A stretch of DNA of 64,000 bases, from assembly GCF_036365525.1 (NCBI RefSeq), contig NC_090390.1, positions 40,707,993-40,771,992 on the forward strand. The letters are read 5' to 3'. The notes below the pieces were generated by a model. The model was not told the origin of the DNA and did no database searches. It was given only the letters and a program-made list of their open reading frames with translations. Origin of the DNA: Heterodontus francisci (taxonomy: Eukaryota). Positions 14,601-26,654 of the stretch are shown piece by piece (the stretch's first letter is position 1; every line of letters starts with the position of its first letter). Both the position numbers and the translations under genes were made by a program.

Positions 14601-15633
14601 CACACAATTTCCTTCAGTTTCCACATGTGGCTACATGGGCAGTGATGACACCTGTGGCTCCTGCTTCGCCAGCTCTGCTCGTTCTGCTTCCCTCCTCTCT
14701 TGTAATCTCCAACACCTCCTTCTCAGCTGTGGTCTGCAGCCTGATGTCAGGGACCCCTCATCCCATTCTAGTCCGCTCATGCTAGTTGTGGCTTTGTTTA
14801 TCCTGCAGCAGACAGTACAGATTTAATGACATGGCAAATGATGCATCACAATCATTGCATACATGCATCAACATCGCTCATTCTGCATTGGCTTTTGCAT
14901 GACACATCTAATCACATAAACAATGCCAGTCTTCATCATTTAGTAGATGGCTCTCGCATTCGACTATATTCCTTGCATACCCTCTGCCTTAAAGACACAG
15001 AGCCATGGAAGAAAACAATGGAGACACTTCACCAGGACCACTTAACCGTGCCAATCTGAGCAAGTCATTGATGTTTTTGTGGCACTGCACCCCACAGTTC
15101 GAGAACTCCTCTGCTACCTCCATCCAGGGCGGCTTAGCAAGGTGGGAGGGTCTTCTGACTCCATCTGCAGGAACGAGGACCTCTCACCTTTCACTGACAG
15201 CCTGGAGGAGAACCTGCAGGGAGGCATCACTGAACATGGGGCGGGACACTGCCTGCTGGCTGCCATGTCATTCACTTTGGCTGTAGGGAAAATAAATGAT
15301 ATGAAGTTGGTCGTGACTTGCACAAAATAAGGGAGGCAAAAACATTTTGATTTAAGTAAAAGCTTCAATTTAAGTTGGTCTGAAGACATTACATGAAAAG
15401 AAGGCTGCTGATCCTTGAGGCTGCAAGCACAGAATGTTTTAGATCTGTGGCGATCATGGTGCTTGGGGCAGTGACGGCAGGTTCCACCAATGAAAGGCCG
15501 CCTTTCCCCCCTGCTTCCAGCAAGATTGGCCGGAGGTGGGAACGCATCGGCTCGCCAACCTGACGCTCTCCCATCTACTGTCCTCCTTGTCCAGCCATCA
15601 AAGCCACCATGACAGAACCGATAAGATTCTGCC
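11646..15633. mobile_element. PIF/Harbinger transposon remnant: HARBI1-like transposase C-terminus (+, 11646-11947) and convergent Myb/SANT-like gene (-, ~13660-15270)
   Basis: LKM*FHCLDRSGGAVQYMPQRVSQIIVVCCALHDLA followed by an acidic tract matches the Harbinger DDE C-terminus; minus-strand FSDASLQVLLQAVSE...WMEVAEE..QCHKNINDL matches Myb/SANT-like; TIR-like AAGATTCTGCC at 15623-15633. Confidence 0.8.
12380..13572 (+). mobile_element. 5'-truncated CR1 LINE nested in the Harbinger remnant
   Basis: VYMDFQKTFD, GVPQGSML, KFNAEKCEVIHFGRKN, PQLEYCVQFWAPHFRKD; CR1 3' UTR. Confidence 0.95.
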
Positions 15634-15871
15634 GTACAAGTCTTTACATCTGCTCTGCCGAGTACTGCAGTGCTGCTCTAGCCAGTGAAACCGTCGTTTC
15701 AGCCTGCCAATGGTCTGCTTTATCGCATTTCATGTGGCAGCATGGCTTTCCTTTTATGCGTGCTACCCATGTCAGCGTGGGTTACGCACCAGAATCATGA
15801 GCCATGTATCAGCGGATAGCCCTTGTCACCAGGCACTTACCCTCTGGTTTGCCTTGGTGGCTCAATTGCAT

Positions 15872-16005
15872 GATCAGATGAAAGGTTTCAGGACCTGAAA
15901 TGTTAACTTTGTTTCTCTCTCCACAGATGCTGCCTGACCTGCTGAGTATTTCCAGCATTTTCTGTTATTATTTCAGATTTCGAGCCTCTGCAATATTTTG
16001 CTTTT
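15872..16005 (+). mobile_element. short Penelope pLTR fragment with degenerate hammerhead core
   Basis: CAGATGA..AGGT..GACCT-GAAATGTTAACT followed by CCACAGATGCTGCCTGACCTGCTGAGTATTTCCAGCA, shared with the PLE ends at ~53745 and ~56578. Confidence 0.8.
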
Positions 16006-16400
16006 GTCCAGTTAGAATTTGTTTCCTTGTTTCATGTTCCATTTTATCATGCAAGCAAGAAAGTAGCCTTGACAAACTGAAGTTAAAGGAGCACATATGC
16101 AGTGACATACACGCACGCAACCTGCAGCCTACCCAACACGCCAACAGTGACCACGTAACATTCAGCTAGATTACACTGCAATCCATTTATATATATTTTG
16201 AAGTTGTCATTGTGCCTAAGCTTTCAATTTTAAATTTTAGGTTGAATGTATGTCCTGCTGGAGTATAGGTGTGCATGATAAATAAGAAAAGAGTCATAAG
16301 TTTGTTTGAGTGCTTGGCCTGGAGCGGCATTAAATGTACAATAGATTGACAGGCAGTATTTTGTGACATGCATACATAAGGCAGAAACATGGGAAGAAGT

Positions 16401-17181
16401 GGGCTGGATTTTATGGGCTACCCGAGGCGAGGTCGGAGATGGGTGGGGGGGAGGGGGGGCCATAAATCATGACAGGAGGTGGGGGGGGAGGGGGGGTGGT
16501 GGAGGGCCTGTCGCCATCCCATCGTCAAGCGACCTTGCTGGGACGGGATAGGCCGACAATGGCCTTCCCACCCAGAGGCCAACTGAGGCAACGGCCAAAT
16601 AAGGGCCTCTTCCCATCACCACTGTGATATAACGAGTAGTGGGGTGTGCCTCCACCACATGGGGAGGGCCCCTTGTAAAACAAGGTGCTCTCCCTGTGGG
16701 CTTGGCGGCAGGGGGGCCCTCCTGTGTAGGCAATCTGTAGCCCATGGATGGCCCTGGCTGGGAAACAATGCACCTCCCAGGAAACCCTTCCCCCTGGGCT
16801 TTATGATCACCCCCCCTCCCCAACACCCTTCGCCGGGGCCTTCTGGATTGGCAGCGGTGAACCCACCTCACTTACCAGAGGTGCGGGGTTCCAGCACTGG
16901 GCCTGGGTTCAAGGCCTCTATAATATGGGCAGTGGCCACCACTTACAGTGGTGCTGCTGATACTGCTGAGCTGCCTGCCCTGTGATTGGCCAGCAGCTCT
17001 TGGAGGTGGGATCCCCGTCTTTAAAGGGATGGGGATCCCGGCATGGGACATTTAACCTTCAAAGCATTGGAACAGCGCTCTGGGGACAGGGGGGAGGGGG
17101 CACGAAAAGGCCGAGGCAGGTTCACTCCACCATTTCGGCCCAGCGCCAGGAGCGCTGCTTCCTCCACAAGATCTATGGACC
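16401..17181. mobile_element. Harbinger-type MITE (right TIR degraded)
   Basis: Starts GGGCTGGATTTTA; internal sequence homologous to 19025-19782. Confidence 0.8.
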
Positions 17182-19024
17182 TCATTGTGTCACCTTCTGC
17201 CTCTATTCCCAGGTCCTGCAAGTGCTGCACTAAGTATTGACCCCGTCTGCCATCTCCTGCCAAGCATGCTGCATTGCTGCCCTCTAGGGAGGGTACCTCG
17301 GAGTGCCAAACAGGGCAATCCTTCTCACACTATCTTGTGCTGCAGTACCTCTACTTTTCCAGAATTAAACAGGGGATTCAGAGGTTGCACGATTCCATCA
17401 GTTGCTCACAAACTCCATCCCCGTTTCCACATTTGTTTTGCCATCCATTAGCTTTTACCAGCCATTTCTCTTTTGCCATCCGGTTTCCAGAAAGACTGGA
17501 AACCTTTTTTATTCCCACATGTTGCCACTTATCTTTTAAATGGTTGCATCCTTTTAAATCCAGATTGCAGTCCTTTAAGGGCTGATGGTGCACTGAATTT
17601 CCCATATCTCCTTGAGTGAGCTCAGTGCCGAGTCCTCAGTGAGAGCAGGAACTGACTGTGCCTCAGCACAAGGAACAGAAAATATACCCATAAAGTGTTA
17701 TAAGGTTTAAGAAATTAAAACAATTATGGGCTGCCAAGGCTGAGGACTATGGTCTGGGAATAGAAGAATGGGTCAATGGGCAGGTTTAATTGAAATATCA
17801 AAAAAATTGCCAATTGCACAGGTGAAAAGTAACAGATGGGAGGCAAATATGGACAAAGAAATAACTGTGGATTTAGGAATTATATGTTTAGGCTCCAAAT
17901 CAATTCTGTTTAAAAAAACGAACATTGTGAAAAATGCCAAATGCACTTTGAAATTTTCATCCTGGGTGATATATGTCATGTAAAAACAATTGGATTTTTG
18001 AATTCTATGACTGGGTGTGCATTACAAAACTTTATTGTAAAACCTGGGACATTAATTACATATTCTCACAGGTTTGCATGACCTGGGAGTGGGAGTGTGA
18101 CTTGTACACTGGTGCGCATGTTGCTAACTTTCAATTCATAAATATAATTTCTACACTGGATTTCACAGTGCATGGTAGCTGAAAAACATTGGACATTTAT
18201 TAAATATGTATATTTAGACCTCTGTATCTACTTATGTATAATGATATATAACTGGAAAGTCTAATTCTAGTACACAGTATTATACTTGGAGTCTAGACTA
18301 CCCTTGTATTGTGCTGATTGCAGGTGAAGAAAATGAATCTTAGGATGACGAATGCTAGAAGGCATCAGCTGGAGGTTTGGGAGTGTGAATACAGATCTAT
18401 GTGTCTAGGGATCAGTGCATAACTTGACTGGATTGTAACTTTGCACCTCTGACTGGTGGAATGAGAATTTAATGGGGTATTGTGTGTGTCAGAAAGATAG
18501 TGACAGTGCACACATAAATTGGGCCAGGACCCAAATATGCCAGGTCCCAGTCTTCTTTGCCTGTTTCCACAGTGACTTGTTTGAGTCAGAACTTACAGAT
18601 GTCCCAAACCGAATCATTCATGTCAGAGATGGTTTCATCTCAGGAAAGGGGGCTCTCTGGCCTAGGACCTGACCTGAACCATCATCTGCAGAAAATTGTC
18701 CCCTTGTAAAGGTGGTTGGTGGGACATCAAGAAGCATTTCTTGAATTAATGGCATCATCAGCTTGAAAGTGGCTGCCGCTGCCCTTCAGGTGGGTACCTG
18801 AGATGCACTCGGAAAGGTGCAGTTAGCTGCCCAGATTATTAAAATTCAAGAACCTACCCATGACCTTGGAGACAAAGGTCAGAGGTTCCTGGTGGGCCAA
18901 TCCCAGCAATTATGCCATAATCAAAGGTCCTGGATTTTCAGCTACCAGCAGATATGCCACAGCCAAAGAGAAAATTAAAATCTGTGAGGTCAATTTTACC
19001 TTGCCCTGGCCTTGCAGAAACCTG

Positions 19025-19782
19025 GGGTTGGATTTTATGGCGCCCCCCCCCCCCCCCAATGAGGCGGGATCAGAGATGGGGGGGTATGGAATATCGTGAC
19101 AGGTTCTGGTGAGGGGCGGTGGAGTGGAGGGCCCGTTGCCTCCCTGCTGCCCAGCGATCTTCCCGGGTACAGGATAGGCTGACGACAGCCTTCCGACCCA
19201 GAGGCCAGTTGAGGCCCTTAAGTGTTCTATTAATGGCCACTTATGGGGCCTCTTCCCATCACCACTAGGATTTTACCAGCGGTGAGGAGGGGGCCTCCGG
19301 AGCACGGGGAGGACACCATGTTAAACGAGCCACCCTCCCTGCTGGCTCAGTGAGGTGTGGGGGGTGCTGTGGGCACTTTGTAGCCCATTGAGGATCCCCA
19401 CTTGGAACAATTCACTCCTCACGACCCTCCTCCCCTGGACCGCAAGACTGGACTGGCCCCGGCAACCCCGCCTCATCTACCACTTGTCCAAGATTCCACT
19501 GTTTGGTCTGGGTCAGAGGCCTCTGCAGTACCAGCAGTGGTCACCACTTCCGGCTGCACTGCCAATATTGCTGAACTGCTGGCCCTCTGATTAGCCGGCA
19601 GCTCTTGGAGGCAGGATCCCCATCCCTTTAAAGTCTTTAAAGGGATAGGGATCCCACCTCCTAAAACGTCAACATGAAAAGACCAGAGGATCTCTCCGGG
19701 GGCGGGAAAATGCAGAGGCAGGATTCCTCCCACCTTTTCAGCCTGGCGCTGGGAGCCCCGCCTCCAGCACAAAATCCAGCCC
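19025..19782. mobile_element. Harbinger-type MITE with 3-bp TSD (CTG)
   Basis: TIRs GGGTTGGATTTT / AAAATCCAGCCC; CTG on both flanks. Confidence 0.9.
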
Positions 19783-22228
19783 CTGGTCTTACTCAGTTCC
19801 TATGGATATTCCTTGGGAATGTCACACCTGCTCTTGAGAATCCCTCACTGTGGCAGGGTCTATAATGGATGGTCAACCACTGCAGCCTGGTTTGTGCCCT
19901 GACAGAAGTTAAATTTCAACCTTTTTGTGTTTTACATATCTGCTGAACAATGTTTATCCCTGCTGAGATGATTAAACAATTGAGTCACTGCTATAAGGAT
20001 AAAACATAAATAGGAGAATTGTGTCTCTAAACTCACCTTCGCCCATTCCTGACAAAGATTTGACTTGGTCCTTTCCTCATATTGGGACAGCTGCTTTACC
20101 ATGGTTGGGCCATTGGCCCTCACTCTCTGATTATGTGCCTCCTTGGCTTTAAAGCACACAAAATTTCCAAAGATGTCTGCAACTTTCTATTTACCTCAAG
20201 CAGTCCCTTTCTGCCATCCACCTTCTTCTCTTCTACAAGGGCTTTGCAAATTGCTTTTTATTCTGTTTATGCTGGAAGTCCTTTTTAGGAGCAGTATCTT
20301 TGGTGCCCCATTAGAACTGTGTCCTACAGCTTTTGTGAAATCAGGGTCAAAGATCTCTGCATACTATTATCTTTCAGAGAAGGTAGCAGCTGAATATTTC
20401 AATTTGTTTTGTATTTTCTATGGCTGAGCAATACGCATGTTATACAAAAGTGAGAAATTTTACTTTGGCATTTTTGATGCCACTAAATGTTTTTGTTATA
20501 TTTACGCTGGATTGCTGGATATTTTGTATCTATCTGATTTTTCTCAGAACAATGCAGATATCACACTTGTATTAATTCACCAACTGGTTTATTTATAGAA
20601 TTTTAAAATATCTTAGCACCAACAAGGTTTCAGTACAATGTCTTCTCAGAACAATGACTGTTTATTGGAACATTCTAGTCCTGCTCTTTTAGTTTCAGTT
20701 TAAAACTCTTCAGCTCCACCCATAGGCTTAAGCAATCAAGCACAGTGAACACAGACCAGTGGACATACTAATACAATCAAACCCAGATCAATCAAACACT
20801 ACAGTTTTCCAAACTGCTTTAACTTTTTCCTACATTACAGCAGAGATTATAAGTTTGTGAAAGCAACAATATAAATGAAAATTCTTCCATTCTGTTATAT
20901 TGTAGCTGGCAAAATCTGCAAGCACCAACCTAAAAAATAGAATTTTGTTTAACCATTTATGTGCTGATTTTCTTTCAACATTTCCAACCTCTGCTGGTTT
21001 TTCATCAGGTGCAGAACTGATTTTGAAGCATTTCAAAGTTCAGAACATAAAAGTAGAATCACACAAATGCAAGAACTGTAACACTCTTTCTTTAGCATAT
21101 CATTTGATGAAACTAGAAGAAGTCATGGAATTATGTAATTTTTGAGCAAATCATATATTTTCAACCATTTTCTGCCCTTAAGCGAAGGAGTCCAGTGGAA
21201 CTTCCATGGACTTTCTGAGCCCTGGTGTTTACTGACAAATTATCAACTGAGCTTTGTTTTGTTGCTCCAAATATATTTAAAGTCACATTCAGTGATTCCC
21301 AAGCTTGACAGATATTCAAAGACACTTCTTTAATAATCTATTAATGGTGTACATGTTGAAGAATTTAAAGGTGTTGGTGGAATAATTCACAAAATGAGAG
21401 GAAAGGTAACCTTATCCATTTATACTGAGCACTGAAACTGAAAAATGAGTTCAACTGGTACAAGTCAGTTCCAGTTTTTGTGAGGTTGACTGAGGAGTAA
21501 TTTACTGAGTATAGTCTGGTGGCAGGAAATGCCACTGCTGTCAAAACACATCAGAAAATCTCAGGTGCCCAGCTCATGATCTGCTATCCTTTATTTTCAA
21601 AATACTATACTGGTTTATGTCCATTTTCATCGTAATTTTAGTACATACCTGTCAAAAAGTCTTGACAGTTGTCATGCAGGCCCCCACCTGCCAAGACTGA
21701 GGCAAAATTATTTTGCCACATGAACATTAAAACTTAAAATTGTGGCTGGGAAGAAAAGAGGGCCTATCACAAGGAATTGCCAAGCCCCTGACTGGAAAGA
21801 CATTTGCATGCTAAAAGACAGTGTTGGAACAAGGGACTCAGTCCTTGCTTCCCCAATGCACAGAAGAAGTGGTCAGACCAGTCTGTCACATGACTAACTG
21901 ACTGTTGGAGGTTTTTTTGAATTTGAACTTGCTGAGAGAAAGAACTCAGAAAGCTCTTTGCTCCTGGACTGAAAAGATCTCTCTCCTGTCTGCTCTCATC
22001 TCTTTCTCACGGAACTGAAGACCCATTGAAGACACATGAACACCAAGTGAGAAAAGTTTCCTACAGTGAAAAAGGTTTAAAAAGAATACTGGGCCCCAAC
22101 AAAAAGCAAGACTACTTACAAAGGGACTAAAGTGAGCTCAAAGCACAGAAACTCTTCTGGTTGCCTCAAACCTCTCTACTTTATTTTCTTCTGCTCTTTT
22201 CTGTCCCTATTTACATGTGTGTATCATG

Positions 22229-25200
22229 TTTTTTTTCATTCATTCAGGGATGTGGGTGAGGCTGGCTAGGCCAGCATTTATTGCTGATCCCTAATTGCCC
22301 TTGAGAAGGTGGTGGTGAGCTGCCTTCTTGAACTGCTGCAGTCCATTTGGGGTAGGTATACCCACAGTGCTGTTAGGAAGGGAGTTCCAGGATTTTGACC
22401 CAGCGACAGTGAAGGAATGGCGATATAGTTCCAAGTCAGGATGGTGTGTTACTTGGAGGGGAACTTGCAGGTGGTGATGTTCCCATGCATTTGCTGCCCT
22501 TGTCCTTCTAGGTGGTAGAGGTCGTGGGTTTGGAAGGTGCTGTCTAAGGAGCCTTGGTGCATTGCTGCAGTGCATCTTGTAGATGGTACACACTGCTGCC
22601 ACTGTGCATCGGTGGTGGAGGGAGTGAATGTTTGCAGATGGGGTGCCAATCAAGTGGGCTGCTTTGTCATGGATGGTGTCGAGCTCCTTGAGTGTTGTTG
22701 GAGCTGCACCCATCCAGAGTATTCCATCACACTCCTGACTTGTGCCTTGTAGATGGTGGACACGCTTTGGGGAGTCAGGAGGTGAGTTACTCACCGCAGG
22801 ATTCCTAGCCTCTGACCTGCTCTTGTAGCCACGGTATTTATATGGCTACTCCAGTTCAGTTTCTGGTCCATGGTAGCCCCTAGGATATTGATAGTGGGAG
22901 ATTCAGCGATGGTAATGCCGTTAAATGTCAAGGGGAGAAGGTTAGATTCTCTCTTGTTGGAGATGGTGGTTGCCTGGCACTTGTGTGGCGCGAATGTTAC
23001 TTGCCACTTATCAGCCCAAGCCTGGGCATTGTCCAGGTCTTGCTGCATTTCTACACAGACTGCTTCAGTATCTGAAGAGTCACGAATGGTGCTGAACATT
23101 GTGCAATCATCAGCGAATATCCCCACTTCTGACCTTATGATTGAAGGTAGGTCATTGATGAAGCAGCTGAACATGGTTGGGCCCAGGACACGACCCTGAG
23201 GAACTCCTACAGTGATGTCCTGGAGCTCAGATGATTGACCTCCAACAACCACAACCATCTTCCTTTGCGCTAGGTATGACTCCAGCCAGCGGAGGGTTTC
23301 CCCCCTGATTCCCATTGACTTCGGTTTTGCTAGGGCTCCTTGATGCCATACTCAGTCAAATGCTGCCTTGATGTCAAGGGCAGTCACTCTCACCTCACCT
23401 CTTGAGTTCAGCTCTTTTGTCCATGTTTGAACCAAGGCTGTAATGAGGTCAGGAGCTGAGTGACCCTGACAGATCCCAAACTGAGCGTCACTGAGCAGGT
23501 TATTGCTAAGCAAGTGCCGCTTGATGGCACTGTTGATGACACCTTCCATCACTTTACTGATGATTGAGAGTAGGCTGAAGGGGCGGTAATTGGCTGGGTT
23601 GGACTTGTCCTGCTTTTTGTGTGCAGGACATACCTGGGCAATTTTCCACATTGCAGGGTAGATGCCAGTGTTGTAGCTGTAATGGAACAGCTTGGCTCGG
23701 GGTGCGGAAAGTTCTGGAGCACAGGTCTTCAGTACTATTGCCGGAATATTGTCAGGGCCCATAGCTTTTGCAGTATCCAGTGCCTTCAGTCGTTTCTTGA
23801 TGTCACGCGGAGTGAATCGAATTGGCTGAAGTATGACATCTGTGATGTTGGGGACTTCAGGAGGAGGCCGAGATGGATCATGAACTCAGCACTTCTGGTT
23901 GAAGATTGTTGCAAATGCTTCTGCCTTATCTTTTGCACTGATGTGCTGGGCTCCCCCATCATTAAGGATGGGGATATTTGTGGAGCCACCTCCTCCAGTT
24001 AGTTGTTTAATTGTCCACAACTTCACGACTGGATGTGGTAGGACTGCAGAGCTTAGATCTGATCTGTTGGTTGTGGGATCCTTAACTCTGTCTATTGCAT
24101 GCTGCTTATGCAGTTTGGCATGCAAGTAGTCCTGTGCTGTAGCTTCACCAGGTTGACACCTCATTTTGAGGTATGCCTGGTGCTGCTCCTGGCATGCCCT
24201 CCTGCACTCTTTATTAAACCAGGGTTGGTCTCCTGGCTTGATGGTAATGGTAGAGTGGGGGATATGCCAGGCCATGAGGTTACAGATTGTGGTTGAGTAC
24301 AATTCTTCTGCTGCTGATGGCCCACAGTGTCTCATGGATGCCCAGTTTTGCATTGCTAGTTCTGTTCGAAATCTATCCCATTTAGCACAGTGGTAGTGCC
24401 ACACAATACGAAGGAGGGTATCCTCAATGTGAAGGCGGGACTTCTTCTCCACATGGACTGTGTGGTGGTCACTCCTACCAATACAGTCATGGACAGAAGC
24501 ATCTGTGGCAGGCAGATTGGTGAGGACCAGGTCAAGTATGTTTTTCCCTCGTGTTGGTTCCCTCACCACCTGCCGCAGACCCAGTCTAGCAGATATATCC
24601 TTTAGGACCCGGCCAGCTCGGTCAGTAGTGAAGCTACCAAGCCAGCCACTCTTGGTGATGGACATTGAAATCCCCACCCAGAGTACATTCTGTGCCCTTG
24701 CCACCCTCAGTGCTTCCTCCAAGTGGTGTTCAACATGGAGGAGTACTGAGTCATCAGCTGAGGGAGGGCGGTAGGTGGTAATCAGTAGGAGGTTACCTTG
24801 CCCATGTTTGACCTGATGCCATGAGACGTCGTGGGGTCCGGAGTCGATGTTGAGGACTCCCAGGGCAACTCCCTCCCTACTGTATACCACTGTGCCACCA
24901 CCTCTGGTGGGTCGACAGGGCTGCGTTTGCCGTTGTCGTTTCCGGTGCCTTGGTCGATGCCGGGTGGTCCATCCGGTTTCATTCCTTTTTATTGACTTCG
25001 TAGCGATTAGGTACAACTGAGTGGCTTGTGTTAGGCCATTTCAGAGGGTGTGTAAGAGTTAACCACATTTCTGTGCGTCTGGAGTCACATGTAGGCCAGA
25101 CCAGGTAAGGACAGCAGATTTCCTTCCCTAAAGGACATTAGTGAACCAGATGGGTTTTTACAACAATCGACAATGGTTTCATGGCCATCATTAGACTAGC

Positions 25201-25336
25201 TTTTAATTCCAGATTTATTAATTAAATTCAAATTCCACCTTCTGCTGTGGTGGGAATCGAACCCATGTCCCCAGAGAAATACCCTGGGTCTCTGGGTTAC
25301 TAGTCCAGTGATAATACCACTACGCCACTGCCTACC
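22229..25336 (-). mobile_element. single-ORF APE-RT LINE (CR1/L2/Jockey group, distinct from the other CR1s here) with tRNA-derived 5' head
   Basis: ORFs with TTYRPPS, PTRGKNILDLVLTN, SDHHTV (APE); GPDNIP, PANYRPFSLLS, ALDIKAAFD, GVPQGRVLGP, FADDCT (RT); 3' end GAATGAATGAAAAAAAA; 5' end has A and B boxes. A few stops and frameshifts. Confidence 0.92.
25245..25336 (-). promoter_or_regulatory. tRNA-type (type 2) RNA polymerase III internal promoter at the LINE 5' end
   Basis: Minus strand A box TGGCGTAGTGG (25327-25317) and B box GGTTCGATTCC (25263-25253), both matching consensus; the A box is ~10 nt from the element end. Confidence 0.8.
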
Positions 25337-25931
25337 TTGCTAGCGTGAGTGTGTCATATATCCATCGGCGTTAACCAAATTAGGGTTTAAGTTTAAGTTT
25401 TAATAAATTTCACTTTTCTTCTTTAAACCTAAGAAAACCTGGTGTGCTCATTTCTTTGCCTTATAATTGGAAAGTGGCGAACATGGATTTACAAAGGGGA
25501 GCTCAAGCCACTGTGTGTTTAAAATTAAAAATCCTGTTACAATAAAACCAGGTGAAGACAGTAAAAGACCCCTAGACATCTTTCTCACCTTGTCAGAACA
25601 CAGTGTATTGAAGCAAGTAAATAAATGTCTTCCTTTCCTCTGCAGTCCAGTAGCTATTACGTATCTAATCCCTGGCAAACCATAATTTACATGTACAGTC
25701 ACTGGTGGTCCAAGGGGAGGGTGAGAAACTCCAGCTGACTTGCAAGACTCTCTTGTCTGTGCTTTGCCTCCAGTTCTCGTGATTTCTCTTGATTTCAATT
25801 TTGATGTTTTAAAAATTGATCCTCAATTTGAGGACAACATTTTTAATCATTTGCTCATTTCTAATGTCAGTGGCTCCTTGGAGATATTCTATCAGACTGC
25901 AGCGTGAGACCAACTCCCTCCCTGGCACATT

Positions 25932-26654
25932 GGGCTGAATTTTACCAGCTCCTCGACACTGTGGGTCGTGGCACGTGGGCGGGTAAAATTCTGCGGGAGA
26001 GGCCCGCCTCGACCCGCGACATCGAAAAGGGCCCGCCGCATTTTTGCCCACGGTGGGGGTGGCCCTCCCCGCCGCAGGTGGTGGGCCCTTCATCTCCATA
26101 TTAAAATGAACCCGAATGAAATGTAAATTAACTTACCTGCAGGCGGCAACCAATTTTACGGCCTCCGTTCGGCCTTTGCGGTGCTTCATTCTGAGGCGAG
26201 AACCTGGTCGGGAGGGCGAAGGAATAACATTTTCAGGACGGGAACGGTGGAGGGGTGAGGAAAACACTTTTGATTGGATGTGGAGATGGTGGGAAGGGGT
26301 TGAAGGGCAAAAGATTGAAGGTTGGGGGGGACGTTCGGGTATTTGAAAAAGCCAATTTGGGCAATGAAATAACTATTGGGGGGTTGGGGAGAGGCCTCCA
26401 TCACAGCATTTTTTATTAAATAAAATTTAACAATGGTCTAACTCTAAATGTTAAAATTTTGCTGAAGGGCTTAAAGCCCTTTAAAAATGGCACCGGCGCC
26501 TGCATGGTGGCACCGGACGCTGTTGCTGGGGATGCGGCAGCCGCCCCCTCTACATCATCGGGGGTGGGCCGCTCCACCCTCTCTATTTAAATGAGCCCCC
26601 GCACGTAATATCGCGGAGGCTCAGGGACTGCGATGCACTCGTAAAATTCAGCCC
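25932..26654. mobile_element. Harbinger-type MITE, perfect 14-bp TIRs, 3-bp TSD (ATT)
   Basis: GGGCTGAATTTTAC ... GTAAAATTCAGCCC flanked by ATT on both sides. Confidence 0.93.

Larger units (their letters stand above)
21670..25600 (+). mobile_element. solo LTR of the Gmr1-like Gypsy family seen at 41207-46417, split by a LINE insertion
   Basis: TG...CA ends; perfect 4-bp TSD CAGT (21666-21669 / 25601-25604); 21670-22228 plus 25337-25600 is the reverse complement of the LTR at 41207-42002; AATAAA at 25402. Confidence 0.93.

Noticed and set aside
16363-17240. Overlapping 60-130 aa ORFs in GC-rich MITEs (also ~19.4k, ~26k, ~45.3k)
   Set aside because: Stop-poor GC-rich repeat sequence with no recognisable domains.
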